From Escherichia phage slur14, in the sequence record NC_028448.1: a stretch of 64,000 nucleotides of DNA; one strand, 5' to 3'. The notes beneath the pieces were generated by a model. It saw nothing but the letters and a program-made list of their open reading frames with translations. It was not told where the DNA came from and searched no databases. Shown here one piece after another: positions 36,423 through 46,925 of the stretch. The translations under genes were made by a program, and so were the position numbers. Numbering within the stretch: the first letter of the stretch is position 1; every line of letters begins with the position of its first letter.

Positions 36423-36711
36423 ATTGTTCCTTATAACTATCAATGTAGTCCTGTATGTCGAAGAATGACATTTCATATTCTAGGACATTAAGAGCCCGTT
36501 CTTCAGTATAGTCAGAACCAAAGACGATAGTGATTTCACCAGGCTTCATGTGATTGAAATCGACACTAAAAGGAATACGAGAACATACTTCGTCTGCCAT
36601 ATCTACGATAACACTACGACACACTTCTCGGTTAACCTGATAAAGCTCTGCAAGTTCTTCACATCGAATAACAAGTTCAGTGGCAGGATTTTCTTTGATT
36701 TTAGTAAGCAT
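36412..36711 (-). CDS. acidic protein, possible Arn (anti-McrBC) equivalent
   Basis: 99 aa, strongly acidic; lies between asiA and motA where T4 arn maps; name from position and composition only. Confidence 0.5.
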   Translation of the reverse strand: MLTKIKENPATELVIRCEELAELYQVNREVCRSVIVDMADEVCSRIPFSVDFNHMKPGEITIVFGSDYTEERALNVLEYEMSFFDIQDYIDSYKEQYES

Positions 36712-36785
36712 AGTCTTTACCCTTATGTTTTTGTTTGCGTTTAGATTGAAGTTCTGATTTCTTCTTGTCCTTATGGACAGAAGCC

Positions 36786-37010
36786 TTATTGAAATCGTGT
36801 TTTGCTACAAGATTGTTCATAATGATTTATAACCTCATTTAAACATTTGTCTGTGAAAGAAAACTTTTTAGCCACAGAACATTCGATAATGTGCTCTTTC
36901 AAATCTTTAGAGTCAGTATATCCCATCTCAGTAATAAAGTGACGAATTAAAGCTTTATTCTTATCATTAACAGAATTAAAATAATCTGCTTTAGAATCAA
37001 TTATTCTCAT
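36786..37010 (-). CDS. hypothetical protein
   Basis: 74-aa ORF. Confidence 0.5.
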   Translation of the reverse strand: MRIIDSKADYFNSVNDKNKALIRHFITEMGYTDSKDLKEHIIECSVAKKFSFTDKCLNEVINHYEQSCSKTRFQ

Positions 37011-37278
37011 CGTCTAATTTCCTTAATTGATATTGAAACGAGCTAATAATTTCTTCGTTCATTTTAATATACATGTCGCGCAAGAAAGGTTTTAACCCAT
37101 CACGAATAATTGCTAACGTATCACCTTTACATAAATTAACCAAATAAGGATGGTCTAAAGCATCCCAACCAGGCTGATTAGCATACATACCATAATTTTC
37201 TTCCATCATAGCATTCAGGCGTTTGATATGATTAATGTGGGCTTCAATAGCATCAATCTGGAGTTGTTTAAGATTCAT
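36997..37278 (-). CDS. hypothetical protein
   Basis: 93-aa ORF. Confidence 0.55.
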   Translation of the reverse strand: MNLKQLQIDAIEAHINHIKRLNAMMEENYGMYANQPGWDALDHPYLVNLCKGDTLAIIRDGLKPFLRDMYIKMNEEIISSFQYQLRKLDDENN

Positions 37279-37739
37279 TAGTAAAGGTCCTCAGAGTAAA
37301 GTTCTTTTTCATTACCACCACGTTCAATACGTACTTGTCCAGCGTAAGTTGCAATAATCATTGCTTCTTCACGTGTCCAATAATTACTATATTGGTCAAT
37401 AAACCCTTGGTCATCATTACAAACTTGTTGAGTAACTAATTGAGGTTTAACTACATCTAAAACTTCTGCCATATCTTTAGAATAATGACGAGCACCTGGA
37501 ATAATAAGAGTTCGTCCATCTTTTAATTTAAAACGGTTGGCTGCACAGACAATTCGTCGTTGATACTTTTGGTTTTCATCCCAATACACAGTCTGCCAAC
37601 AGATTTCAGGAACTTCATCTAAAACATTTTGTTCTGTATATTCACCACCGTAAGAAGCTAATTTAGCAGCCAGACTTTCCGGAGTCTCACGCGACAAAGC
37701 TTTATCTAACAGAGCTAAACGTTCTTTAAAAGTTTTCAT
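37278..37739 (-). CDS. hypothetical protein
   Basis: 153-aa ORF. Confidence 0.6.
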   Translation of the reverse strand: MKTFKERLALLDKALSRETPESLAAKLASYGGEYTEQNVLDEVPEICWQTVYWDENQKYQRRIVCAANRFKLKDGRTLIIPGARHYSKDMAEVLDVVKPQLVTQQVCNDDQGFIDQYSNYWTREEAMIIATYAGQVRIERGGNEKELYSEDLY

Positions 37740-38065
37740 TTAAACCATCCTTTAATACGTTGCCACAAAGTTTTCTGTTGAGCTTTGTTAACACCAATTG
37801 AACGAATAACCGGTTGAGATTCCTGGAATTCTTTATAATCAGCAAGGTAAATTTCGTAAGCTGCATCAGTAAATGAACTTATCGCTGCCATAAAATTATT
37901 GCGAATACCTACTGGAGCATCTTTACTTTCACGAATAATCATGTATTTACCAGTCTTAATCTTTACGATAGTTCCAAGATAAGCTCCATGATACCAGATG
38001 TCCCACCCCTCTTGAGTGGGTTCTGCACAACGACGAAGTTCATTGACAATTTCTAACTTGTTCAT
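37736..38065 (-). CDS. hypothetical protein
   Basis: 109-aa ORF. Confidence 0.55.
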   Translation of the reverse strand: MNKLEIVNELRRCAEPTQEGWDIWYHGAYLGTIVKIKTGKYMIIRESKDAPVGIRNNFMAAISSFTDAAYEIYLADYKEFQESQPVIRSIGVNKAQQKTLWQRIKGWFK

Positions 38066-38075
38066 TATTTATTCC

Positions 38076-38711
38076 TCACAGTTCAGATGCTACAGTGATT
38101 ACAGCTTCAATGTTTTCTGCCGAGCGTTTAATGTCAAGATACACATTACCGTTTTTAGCGATTTTACATGACATTCCGATATCAGTAAATTTCTGAATAT
38201 GATGTTCCATCATTTTGTATCCAAAAATTCGCATATTTCCATTGTTGTTAATTTCAAAATTACGAATTCCGTGAGTGCGTTTTTCTAAAATAGCGAGATA
38301 GTTACTGCGATAAGTTTCAACCTTTTTAAGAACAAATCCATTTTCATCTAAAAGTTTTAACATGAGGTCTTTATCTTCTTCCATATCGGAAGTAATCTCA
38401 CGAGCTTTACGAGTTGCTCGTTTTTTCAGCAGTTCCGGAGCATTTTCTTGTGCGTATAAAGTTGCTGCATTTGAAATAATATCCTGAGCTTCACCAGTAA
38501 TGATTAATCCATCACCAGATTTCTCCACCAGGCCTTTTTTAATCAATACCCCAATATTACTATTAACTACTGCGTTACCTAAATCTGGATGCACCTCACG
38601 AACTTCTGCAGCTGTAATGAAATCTTTCTTAGCAATAGTAATTAAAATCGCAGCAGTTTTTTCATTCAGAACATCGTTAGAAGCTTTGATGATGTAAGTT
38701 ACTTTAGACAT
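38076..38711 (-). CDS. motA: middle-transcription activator MotA
   Basis: 211 aa, MSKVTYIIKASNDVLNEKTAAILITIAKKDFITAAEVREVHPDLGNAV...; early promoter cassette upstream. Confidence 0.95.
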   Translation of the reverse strand: MSKVTYIIKASNDVLNEKTAAILITIAKKDFITAAEVREVHPDLGNAVVNSNIGVLIKKGLVEKSGDGLIITGEAQDIISNAATLYAQENAPELLKKRATRKAREITSDMEEDKDLMLKLLDENGFVLKKVETYRSNYLAILEKRTHGIRNFEINNNGNMRIFGYKMMEHHIQKFTDIGMSCKIAKNGNVYLDIKRSAENIEAVITVASEL

Positions 38712-38739
38712 TTTCTAATCTCCGTAATTCTGTATCAGT

Positions 38740-38785
38740 AGTTGATAGTTGTATAGTACCACAGTATGCTTTGGTTGTAAACCGT
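38740..38785 (-). promoter_or_regulatory. early promoter cassette upstream of motA
   Basis: Plus-strand GTAGTTGATAGTTGTATAGTACC...GTAAAC, i.e. minus-strand GTTTAC -35 and GGTACTATACAAC -10 region (sigma70-type T4 early pattern). Confidence 0.7.
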
Positions 38786-38802
38786 TTTGTGAAAAAATTT
38801 TA

Positions 38803-38832
38803 AAATAAAAAAGGGAGAGCCTCGGCTCTCCC
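38803..38832 (-). terminator. intrinsic terminator after gene 52 operon
   Basis: Minus-strand GGGAGAGCCGAGGCTCTCCC followed by TTTTTTATTTT. Confidence 0.7.
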
Positions 38833-38837
38833 TAAAA

Positions 38838-38987
38838 TTACTGCATGAATGTGATAACTATCATGATAACACGTTGAATTCCGAACGCAAGAAGACCTCC
38901 TGCTACGGCTGGAACAACGCCTAAACCCGCCAGTAAAATGCTACCAGATACTAATGCAGCGCTTGTAATACCAATGAATGGACTCAT
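38838..38987 (-). CDS. small hydrophobic membrane protein
   Basis: 49-aa ORF not in track; ATG overlaps gp52 stop (ATGA), AGAGGAAA SD. Confidence 0.5.
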   Translation of the reverse strand: MSPFIGITSAALVSGSILLAGLGVVPAVAGGLLAFGIQRVIMIVITFMQ

Positions 38988-40312
38988 TTGATTTCCTCTA
39001 AATCTTTGGTGTATTCTGTAACTACATCAGTAGTTTTCCAATATTCGTTTTCTTCTTTCTTAGCTTTAGCTTCTTCAGCAAGTTTCTTTGCTTCGTCGGA
39101 AGTCATATGAAAAATATTCATACCAACTAGTTTATCAACATAAGAAGAATACATCTCAATTTTAGAAAGTTCTTCGGTCAGTTCTTTACGAGTTTTACCC
39201 TGTACAACAATTTCACCTGAAATTACTTTCTTAATGAAATGCGCCTTGGCAAAGGCTAAACGAAATGCTGATTCAGTTTCTTTGATTTTGTTATCAATTC
39301 GTTTTTGGACATAAGTTTTACGAACTTCAACGAAGTCTTTGATTAAATCAACTACGTTATCGTAAACTTGCAGCTTTCCTTTCTCATTAATAACAGTAAT
39401 ATTCTGTGAACGACGCTCAATCAACCCGAAGTCTTTCATAATTTTAGCGTGACGTTCTTCTTCATTATCGCTCAAAGAGTATTCTTTGCGGAATTTAACT
39501 TTGAAGCCAAAACCATGCTCACCACAAGCATCATCCCACGTAATGAAGCCTTTATCTTCAAGCGGGTCTAAGATTTTACTCACATAAGTTTCACGATCAT
39601 ACTTATACGGAATCTCAGTGATATGCATTTGAGTTCGTGAAGTAAACTTATATGTTCCACGAATTTCATATTGCCCATCAATTTCAACGACTTCACCACG
39701 AAATTCTGGGAATTCTACCTTCGGTTTAGTTACTTTCTTTCCTTGAAGAGCTTGCAGTACAGCTTTCTTAACAGAAGAAACACTATGAGGAAGAATGTAA
39801 GTTGCATAACCAGTTGCAATACCGGAAACGCCATTAAGAAGAACAGTAGGAATAACAGGCAAATAGAAAGCAGGCGGAATGTGTTCTTTATCTTGATGTA
39901 CCGGAGCATATTCAGTATCTTTATATACGTTATAGAAATTTTTACTTACACGAGCAAAAATATAACGACTTGCTGCTGCTTTTTGAACGGTACGAGAACC
40001 AAAGTTTCCTTGACCATCTAACAGAGGAAAGTTATTATTCCAAGTATTAGCCATCAAAGCACCTGCGTCTTGCGCAGAGTTTTCACCATGATGATATCCA
40101 AGGTCCGCTACACCACCTGCAATAGAAGCGAGTTTGTGAAACTTATCTTTATTTCCTCGCGCCAAATCAAGAGCTCGAGCAATAACAAATCGTTGAACTG
40201 GCTTAAATCCATCAATCATATTTGGAATGGCACGATTTTCAACCGTGTACATAGCATAAGCCAATGCTTCATTATCAATGATACTTTTTAAATCGCGATT
40301 ATTCAGTTGCAT
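38984..40312 (-). CDS. 52: DNA topoisomerase II medium subunit gp52 (GyrA-like)
   Basis: 442 aa; MQLNNRDLKSIIDNEALAYAMYTVENRAIPNMIDGFKPVQRFV... Confidence 0.95.
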   Translation of the reverse strand: MQLNNRDLKSIIDNEALAYAMYTVENRAIPNMIDGFKPVQRFVIARALDLARGNKDKFHKLASIAGGVADLGYHHGENSAQDAGALMANTWNNNFPLLDGQGNFGSRTVQKAAASRYIFARVSKNFYNVYKDTEYAPVHQDKEHIPPAFYLPVIPTVLLNGVSGIATGYATYILPHSVSSVKKAVLQALQGKKVTKPKVEFPEFRGEVVEIDGQYEIRGTYKFTSRTQMHITEIPYKYDRETYVSKILDPLEDKGFITWDDACGEHGFGFKVKFRKEYSLSDNEEERHAKIMKDFGLIERRSQNITVINEKGKLQVYDNVVDLIKDFVEVRKTYVQKRIDNKIKETESAFRLAFAKAHFIKKVISGEIVVQGKTRKELTEELSKIEMYSSYVDKLVGMNIFHMTSDEAKKLAEEAKAKKEENEYWKTTDVVTEYTKDLEEIK

Positions 40313-40316
40313 AAAT

Positions 40317-40457
40317 TTACCATACTAGTGAATGTAGTGCCATAATAACATCAGAAATGAAAAGCACGACTTGAATTAATCCGAACATTACTCCATAATA
40401 TAGTGCTATCAATAAAATAGCAAGGGCTAATGAATAGCCCAAGATTTTCTTAATCAT
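40317..40457 (-). CDS. small hydrophobic membrane protein (52.1 position)
   Basis: 46-aa ORF not in track; overlaps next ORF in ATGATTAA. Confidence 0.45.
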   Translation of the reverse strand: MIKKILGYSLALAILLIALYYGVMFGLIQVVLFISDVIMALHSLVW

Positions 40458-40608
40458 TAGTAGATAACAACACAAATGTTAAATATGCACACATACCCTG
40501 AGCTAAAGCTTGCGAAAACACACTGCTGGCATCAATACAGATAGTTAAAACACATGCTACTATCCAACAAATAAATGAAATAACTCCTAATAATTTTGCA
40601 ATATTCAT
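40450..40608 (-). CDS. small membrane protein, possible ac equivalent
   Basis: 52-aa hydrophobic ORF with GAGGAAA SD; size and position match T4 ac as I recall it. Confidence 0.45.
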   Translation of the reverse strand: MNIAKLLGVISFICWIVACVLTICIDASSVFSQALAQGMCAYLTFVLLSTND

Positions 40609-40615
40609 ATTTTCC

Positions 40616-40696
40616 TCACTGGCGTCCGAAGACGCCTTTGGTTTTAAGATTGTTACGATAGAACTGCATCACGTGTTCGTTATGGAAATTACTCAT
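40616..40696 (-). CDS. stp: Stp peptide
   Basis: 26-aa [29 protein letters not shown]; ATG overlaps ndd stop (TAATG). Confidence 0.8.
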
Positions 40697-41154
40697 TAAT
40701 ATGCCTGCAAAACAAATTTAAAGTTATCAGCCAACATACGGTTCATTTCTTCAAGTGTTTGATACTCAGAATGATGATTACGAGTAAACGCCAAAGCTAA
40801 CTGACCTTTACCAAATCCCGTCGTCAGAGGTTTCATCTTAGAAGCAGGCAGATAAAATACTGTGTATGGAACATTGTTATTTGCAATAGTACGCGCAAGC
40901 TGAGACCGACGCTGACGAATATGACTTAGAACCGCACTGAATCCTTGCTTAGAACGCTGATTACCTACATAAAATCGTGCAGACACGCACGGATTACTAA
41001 ATGGACGACCATCTAATTTACACACTAAAAAGTAAAATCCAGGTTTAGATAAAATATCTTTATGTGGAACTCCCAAAAACCATTCACCGTTCTTGATTGT
41101 ACCAATAACGGTAGCGCCTGCGTTGTTCAGATCAGTAACAGTCATATATTTCAT
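40696..41154 (-). CDS. ndd: nucleoid disruption protein Ndd
   Basis: 152 aa from ATG at 41152-41154 ([18 protein letters not shown]...); track start is GTG. Confidence 0.9.
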
Positions 41155-41214
41155 ATTAATTTCCTCTAAATTATTTTCTACTCCAAGGCCGCATGAATAC
41201 ACACGGCCATTAAA

Positions 41215-41430
41215 TTAATCGTCGCAGTCGACGCTCAATTCCCAGAATTCTTCTACGGTATAAGTTTCAGTATCATTTTCAATACAGAAACGTTCATTAC
41301 TATTATTTGCTAAAGTAGCATTAACTGTCGGTTTCTCGCTAGTGCTCTTAAGAGGTGAAATACGAATTAACTGATCACCGTTATCTAAACAAAAAATTTC
41401 ACCAACTTTTACATCTTTAAAACTTTTCAT
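41215..41430 (-). CDS. hypothetical protein (ndd.1 position)
   Basis: 71-aa ORF. Confidence 0.55.
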   Translation of the reverse strand: MKSFKDVKVGEIFCLDNGDQLIRISPLKSTSEKPTVNATLANNSNERFCIENDTETYTVEEFWELSVDCDD

Positions 41431-41545
41431 AATTCACCTCAAGGAGTATAAAATCCAAATGCAGTTGTTGACCATCCCATCCAATATGGGAAATTTGCAC
41501 CAATGTAAAACATAAGAATATAAAACCAAATGTTTAGTAAATTCA

Positions 41546-41743
41546 TCATTTTACACCATTCCAAATTGTTTCAACTACGGATTTTAAACCATTTTGATGA
41601 ATATCAATTCCGACTACTGTCATCAAATAGATTCCAACTACAACTGAACCTAAGGCAAAAATCAGCATGAAAATGAATAAAGCCGGAAAAATATTATCGA
41701 AAAACCATTCAATAGATGTAAAAGCACTGCGTTTACGCTTCAT
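41546..41743 (-). CDS. small membrane protein
   Basis: 65 aa from ATG at 41741-41743 (GAGGAAA SD); hydrophobic core. Confidence 0.5.
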   Translation of the reverse strand: MKRKRSAFTSIEWFFDNIFPALFIFMLIFALGSVVVGIYLMTVVGIDIHQNGLKSVVETIWNGVK

Positions 41744-41750
41744 ATTTTCC

Positions 41751-41864
41751 TCACATAAATCCAAAGTAAACGTTTAATACATCAATCATTAAAACGATTG
41801 GGAATATACTCAAAACTATTAGTATTATAACTACATTCCATATAGCTTTAACAATCTTTTTCAT
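41751..41864 (-). CDS. small membrane peptide
   Basis: 37 aa from ATG at 41862-41864 (GGAGGAAC SD); the track's longer form runs through the promoter cassette. Confidence 0.45.
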   Translation of the reverse strand: MKKIVKAIWNVVIILIVLSIFPIVLMIDVLNVYFGFM

Positions 41865-41879
41865 TTTCTGTTCCTCCGT

Positions 41880-41925
41880 AGTTGATAGTTGTATAGTACC
41901 ACAGAGGAACAGTCTTGTAAACAAC
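41880..41925 (-). promoter_or_regulatory. early promoter cassette
   Basis: Conserved cassette, GTAAAC at 41917-41922. Confidence 0.65.
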
Positions 41926-42107
41926 TTTTTTAAAAATATTCGTAATAAATGTGAATACCAACTACTACCGCTGAAACCTGTGCAACCCACCACGCACAAG
42001 CAATAAGTACAGAATTCAAAATTTTCATAATAACCTCATCACAAAAGTAAATGTTAAACAAATTAATGGAATACTAATTAACCAAACAAAACACCACCAT
42101 AATGAAC

Positions 42108-42371
42108 TCATAGTTCAATCTCAATGATTTCCAGGTGTTTTTGTTTTATTGCCTTTTTAACACAATCATGGACTAAATATGACCATGAATCATTATATTC
42201 TCCATTAACTAATCGTTGGAGATCTTCACGTGATGATAAGTAAGGTTGATCTGATTCCCATTTTGATAAAAATACTGCAGTAAAAATATCTCCTTCACCT
42301 GTAGTTGAAGTCGTAAATGCAATAAATTCACCGGTAATTTTATGTTTAGCGTAATAAAATTTAAATTTCAT
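42108..42371 (-). CDS. hypothetical protein
   Basis: 87-aa ORF downstream of a promoter cassette. Confidence 0.55.
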   Translation of the reverse strand: MKFKFYYAKHKITGEFIAFTTSTTGEGDIFTAVFLSKWESDQPYLSSREDLQRLVNGEYNDSWSYLVHDCVKKAIKQKHLEIIEIEL

Positions 42372-42384
42372 TTTTACTCCTCCG

Positions 42385-42430
42385 TAGCTGATAGTTGTAT
42401 AGTACCACGGTCCTTGTGGTATGTAAACTG
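42385..42430 (-). promoter_or_regulatory. early promoter cassette
   Basis: Conserved cassette, GTAAAC at 42423-42428. Confidence 0.65.
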
Positions 42431-42447
42431 TTTTGTGAAAAAATTTT

Positions 42448-43005
42448 TTAAATGGAAAGATACCATCCGTTGTAGTTGCTTTTTCTTACAACCTTACGAA
42501 GGTCTTCTCTGTCACCGATGAACTTCGGAGTGTACTGGATGACACCTGAATGAATTTCTTTAGTGTTGAATATAATTATACAGTCAGCGACTTGATGATT
42601 TAGAATGGGCCCTAGATTTATTCCAGAACCGTATGGATACTCTCCGCTGCATCCTGTTGTTACAGAAATCCAACGTGAGTCAGTTTGGTGTGTCTTAACT
42701 TCTACACGAAGCCCGCAGTATCTTGGATGCGCCAATACATCCCATGCGTATGTATACGGGTCATTAACATCCTCTTGGCCTTTATTGACATATCCGCTTA
42801 GCCAATCTGCTACAAAAAACTCTGCGTACACAGCGATACGGCATCTTTCGATAACTTCTGCCTTATCCTGATTCGGATTTTGTTTTAAAGAGTATCTTGC
42901 TGTATCAGCAATTTTGACCTTCATTTCACTAGTCAAGTCACTGTTCGATAGGGTAAATGTCGGAATCTGAAATAGTCTCTGTAAACCCGGATTCGTTTTC
43001 TGCAT
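42448..43005 (-). CDS. denB: endonuclease IV
   Basis: 185 aa, position between ndd cluster and rIIB as in T4. Confidence 0.85.
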   Translation of the reverse strand: MQKTNPGLQRLFQIPTFTLSNSDLTSEMKVKIADTARYSLKQNPNQDKAEVIERCRIAVYAEFFVADWLSGYVNKGQEDVNDPYTYAWDVLAHPRYCGLRVEVKTHQTDSRWISVTTGCSGEYPYGSGINLGPILNHQVADCIIIFNTKEIHSGVIQYTPKFIGDREDLRKVVRKSNYNGWYLSI

Positions 43006-43267
43006 TTAGACTTTCCTTTTTACCACTGAGATAGGCGTTATATACTTTAAGAGTGCCATAATAAATTCGGTCATTTTCATCTAAAGACTCGCGGTCAAGT
43101 TCATCGAGCTCCTTTTTATCCATGACTATAACATTATTACAGTAAAGAAACCCAAGTTTTTCGTGACCAAACTCAAATTTATTACAGTACACAATATTAG
43201 CGTGATGATTTCCGTGCAGTTTAATCTCTTTTATGTCGGAATCACCGATATTCATACAATAAATCAT
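42938..43267 (-). CDS. hypothetical protein (denB.1 position)
   Basis: 109-aa ORF overlapping denB 5' end by 68 nt. Confidence 0.5.
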   Translation of the reverse strand: MIYCMNIGDSDIKEIKLHGNHHANIVYCNKFEFGHEKLGFLYCNNVIVMDKKELDELDRESLDENDRIYYGTLKVYNAYLSGKKESLNAENESGFTETISDSDIYPIEQ

Positions 43268-43304
43268 AATTTTTCCTTAAAACAAAAGGGCCGAAGCCCT
43301 TATT

Positions 43305-43499
43305 TTATTTGAATTGTGCAATTCTTTTCTCTAGACATTCAGCATAAGATTTCATTGAGATGAACTGTGAAAGTAGCAGTTCTTGCTCAACTGCACTAAC
43401 TGTTAGAAACTTTGCGCTTTCTAAAAATTTGCTCAGTGCATTAATTTTGAGCATTAATTGATCGTATTCTTCTTTTACTCGTGCTTGATAACCTAACAT
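43305..43499 (-). CDS. hypothetical protein
   Basis: 64-aa ORF flanked by GGGCCGAAGCCC hairpins. Confidence 0.5.
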   Translation of the reverse strand: MLGYQARVKEEYDQLMLKINALSKFLESAKFLTVSAVEQELLLSQFISMKSYAECLEKRIAQFK

Positions 43500-43527
43500 A
43501 ATTTTCCTTAGTTAAGGGCCGAAGCCC

Positions 43528-44466
43528 TTATTTAAATTGTTCAGTAACGTCTTCAACTACTTCGTATTGGCAGGTACGCATTTTAGCGTCGTTGTAATCA
43601 ATCGGAATTGATACTACATCGCGAGGATGTACTTTAACTTTTACGACTCGGCTGGTTGAACTGCCAAAGTGACGAATATAAGATTTAGAACACACATGCA
43701 GACCACGAGAACAAGTTTGTGTATCATCGTCATTCACACGAGTACGTGGCATTTTAACTACTTTACCAGGACTGTTATCAAAGGTATTTGAGTGACAGTC
43801 AAAGTAATTACTACGAACTACTTTCCAAGCATAGAAGTAACCATCTTCTGTAATTTCAATATCATTTGCTACCAAGAAATCAAAGAGTCGAGATACCGCT
43901 TTTTGGCTTGGGTTTTCCAACAGATTTTCCAAGAACGGAAAATAAAATTCAAAGTTTTCACCTTTTTCCATCGAGTCAAGAATACGATCAACCAAACCAG
44001 ACCGTAATTCGATATTTTGATAGAACAAGCTTCCGCCTTCAATTCGAACATCGCCGGAAATATATTTTTCAACAGCGCGACGAACATTAATTTTTTGTGC
44101 CGCTTCTTCCAACTTATCTGCTACAAGCAGATTAAGAATTTCCTGGAAGTTTGAATGAGTATTAGGAGTTGCGTTATAAGTTACACCGTCAACGGTAATT
44201 GAAATGAATTTTTTAGATGCATTCCAAATAATGTCAGATTTAGCAACTGGAGCAATAGCTGCATCGCTATTAACTTTAACTGTAATATCACCGCTAATAG
44301 TAACTTTAGAGCGTTTAGCTTCTTCAGCATTTTTCAAAACACGACGGATTGTGTCAACCGATACACCTTGCCAATCAGCCAATTCCTGCTGAGTGTAATT
44401 ACCACTTGAATACAGCTTAACAATTTCAGCTTGTTCGTTTTTGGTCAGGCATTTAATATTGTACAT
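43528..44466 (-). CDS. rIIB: rIIB
   Basis: 312 aa, upstream neighbour of rIIA. Confidence 0.95.
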   Translation of the reverse strand: MYNIKCLTKNEQAEIVKLYSSGNYTQQELADWQGVSVDTIRRVLKNAEEAKRSKVTISGDITVKVNSDAAIAPVAKSDIIWNASKKFISITVDGVTYNATPNTHSNFQEILNLLVADKLEEAAQKINVRRAVEKYISGDVRIEGGSLFYQNIELRSGLVDRILDSMEKGENFEFYFPFLENLLENPSQKAVSRLFDFLVANDIEITEDGYFYAWKVVRSNYFDCHSNTFDNSPGKVVKMPRTRVNDDDTQTCSRGLHVCSKSYIRHFGSSTSRVVKVKVHPRDVVSIPIDYNDAKMRTCQYEVVEDVTEQFK

Positions 44467-44477
44467 AATTTTCCTTA

Positions 44478-46655
44478 TTAGGCCGCAAGGGCCTTCATAG
44501 TTTTAGCGATTTGGGAAACTTCATCATCACTTAAAGAGTTGCGATAACCAATGAAGTCGGAAACAATACGGAATTTCTTGGTAAACTCAGCAACCATTTT
44601 ATCACTATTTTTTGAAGCATTACGTGATAATTCATCAAAGAGATTAGTTACTGTCCAGATATCATGACCGATGGTATCTTTTCCACCATTGAAATACACA
44701 CCGCGTAATGAACTAACCATATTACCAAGTCGTGTATATTCTTCAGAAACTTCATCTGTACTGAAGTACTTCATCATAAAATCTAGTTCAGGATACTTGA
44801 TAATTTTATCAATATATCGTTGAGCTGAACTTGAATAACCTACATACTTATCATAATCTACATCATCAAAAGCATCTACATATAAATCACGCAAAGCTTC
44901 AAAAATACATTGGCACTGACCGAGTTCTTTTACCTTTTTCTGTAAAAGCGGACGAATAACATAAAATTCATTAATGCCAATAAGATTAGCCATACGAATC
45001 AAAATATTCATAGATGGATGACAAAGAGATGTAGTACCATCCATAGAGAAAATATCAGAACGATGCATATACGCTACATAACCAGTAATTTCATCTGCTT
45101 CTGATGTGAGCGTAAATAATTCCTCTTTTTCCCAGCGCCCATCTTTAATTTCAAATTTAAATGCTGTAGCAGCTTTAGGACGAGGAGCTTTACTTTTAAC
45201 TACCTTTGGAATATAGCTTTTAACTAAAGCTTCGATTTCTGACAAATAATGAATGTTAACTTCATCACTTTCAAACATCGCCATAATATCAGGAAGTAAA
45301 TCAATCTGCGATTCTACTTCTGGATTAATAAACAGAAGACGCTCGTTGTGATGAATATTTAAAGTGTTATTAAATTCACTATCATCTAACGCATGTGCTA
45401 ATCCACGAACAATATTAACACGATTTTTAATATTATCAATAACGATATTAATTTTTGTTGTATTAATACCAAACAGACGATAACTTGATGCAACGGCTGA
45501 AGTTTCATGACTTTGCTTAATGCGTTTCAGTCGAGGGTCAAGATTTACTTCATACACAACTCCTGCATTGCATAACTTACTGTCAGGTTCAAACATACTC
45601 TGCATCTTCTTATATGACAGATTTTTAGTCGTGAATTTGACTGAATTACTAATCATATAATCTCGAGCAGAATACCCCATCTTCATCAATTCACGATATG
45701 TGTGACGAGGAGATGTAGATTCTTTAAATCGTTTTACATCTTCATTAAATGCTTTCTCACTGAGTTCTTTAACTCGTTCAATGATATTTTTACGAGTGCG
45801 ATCATCCAGTGAAAGAGCCTCGCGAGATGGAGCAATATCAAGTGAACCCATTGGAAATTTAATGTAATTCACTTCATTGCGAATGCTTAGCCAGTTACGG
45901 TCTCTAATAACACCATCGATAGGATAAACAATACCGCCATAGATAGCATATAATCCACCACGATCAGGCCAGTATCTTTCTGGATTTACACCGTAATAGT
46001 CATCAAAATCCGGAAAATAATCAATTTCGCGGTCAAGACCATTAATGATAGCCAAATCTTTGAATGGTCGCATGATATAAGAAACTTCATAAGCAAAGTT
46101 TCTAAAGTCTTTTTCTTCAACTGGAACTACGATTTCAATACCAGTTTTATCATTTGGACCCATTTCTTTTACGAATGTAGGTTTAATTTGTGGACCATCG
46201 CCATCCATGTAAGCTACATAACCACGAATTTCGCCTTTATGATATGAAGTAATACTAAATGTATCAGTATAACTAAACGGAGATTTAGAACCTAAACCAA
46301 ATCCGCCAATGAAATCGTTAGATTCAGCCTTAGATGAACTAAAGTATGAATTATACAACCCAGGAGAATTATCATCACCTTGAATATCAAAATCGCTCAT
46401 ACCCGGACCAAAATCTCGACAAACAAATCGTGGATCTAAACGTCCAGGAACTTGTATGATAAATTTTTCAGGATTTCCATTGAGAGCATGGGCATCAATC
46501 ATGTTGGTAATCAATTCACGGACTACTGCGCGAATTTTGTTTGTATACAAATCAGATGACAGAATTTTAAATACTTTAGGAGATGCTGTGATGCTAAATG
46601 CTTTTGATTTAGAACCATTACCAAGAATTGTTTCTTTTTCAGTGGTGATAATCAT
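44478..46655 (-). CDS. rIIA: rIIA
   Basis: 725 aa, [57 protein letters not shown]... Confidence 0.95.
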   Translation of the reverse strand: MIITTEKETILGNGSKSKAFSITASPKVFKILSSDLYTNKIRAVVRELITNMIDAHALNGNPEKFIIQVPGRLDPRFVCRDFGPGMSDFDIQGDDNSPGLYNSYFSSSKAESNDFIGGFGLGSKSPFSYTDTFSITSYHKGEIRGYVAYMDGDGPQIKPTFVKEMGPNDKTGIEIVVPVEEKDFRNFAYEVSYIMRPFKDLAIINGLDREIDYFPDFDDYYGVNPERYWPDRGGLYAIYGGIVYPIDGVIRDRNWLSIRNEVNYIKFPMGSLDIAPSREALSLDDRTRKNIIERVKELSEKAFNEDVKRFKESTSPRHTYRELMKMGYSARDYMISNSVKFTTKNLSYKKMQSMFEPDSKLCNAGVVYEVNLDPRLKRIKQSHETSAVASSYRLFGINTTKINIVIDNIKNRVNIVRGLAHALDDSEFNNTLNIHHNERLLFINPEVESQIDLLPDIMAMFESDEVNIHYLSEIEALVKSYIPKVVKSKAPRPKAATAFKFEIKDGRWEKEELFTLTSEADEITGYVAYMHRSDIFSMDGTTSLCHPSMNILIRMANLIGINEFYVIRPLLQKKVKELGQCQCIFEALRDLYVDAFDDVDYDKYVGYSSSAQRYIDKIIKYPELDFMMKYFSTDEVSEEYTRLGNMVSSLRGVYFNGGKDTIGHDIWTVTNLFDELSRNASKNSDKMVAEFTKKFRIVSDFIGYRNSLSDDEVSQIAKTMKALAA

Positions 46656-46665
46656 AATTTCCTCA

Positions 46666-46869
46666 TTAATTCATATTACGCTTAATAACTTCAGCAACTT
46701 CTAGTAGTTCATCTTTAGTTGCAGTGTCGGATTGAATTTTATCTCTAATATCCTTAAAGCGGTTTTTAAATTCTTCGGCTTCTCCCATATCGAAAAAGCG
46801 TTGAATGATTCTATATTCTCGATGAACTGCTTTATCAAAAAGTTCTAAATTTACTTTATATGATTTCAT
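46666..46869 (-). CDS. hypothetical protein (rIIA.1 position)
   Basis: 67-aa ORF; early promoter upstream. Confidence 0.6.
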   Translation of the reverse strand: MKSYKVNLELFDKAVHREYRIIQRFFDMGEAEEFKNRFKDIRDKIQSDTATKDELLEVAEVIKRNMN

Positions 46870-46887
46870 TTCAATATCCTCATTTGC

Positions 46888-46925
46888 CCAATTAATTATA
46901 CCACATCCTTGTGGTAAAGTAAACT
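46888..46925 (-). promoter_or_regulatory. early promoter upstream of rIIA.1
   Basis: GTAAAC at 46919-46924 with AATTATACCA -10 region about 17 bp away on the minus strand. Confidence 0.55.

Noticed and set aside
36705-36820. 38-aa basic minus-strand ORF (MNNLVAKHDFNKASVHKDKKK...)
   Set aside because: Overlaps the stop region of the 74-aa ORF by 35 nt; cannot decide which frame is real without comparative data.
40621-40640. Terminator-like hairpin GGCGTCCGAAGACGCC plus T-run
   Set aside because: It lies inside the stp coding sequence, and on the transcribed (minus) strand no T-run follows the stem; the plus-strand reading has no gene to terminate.
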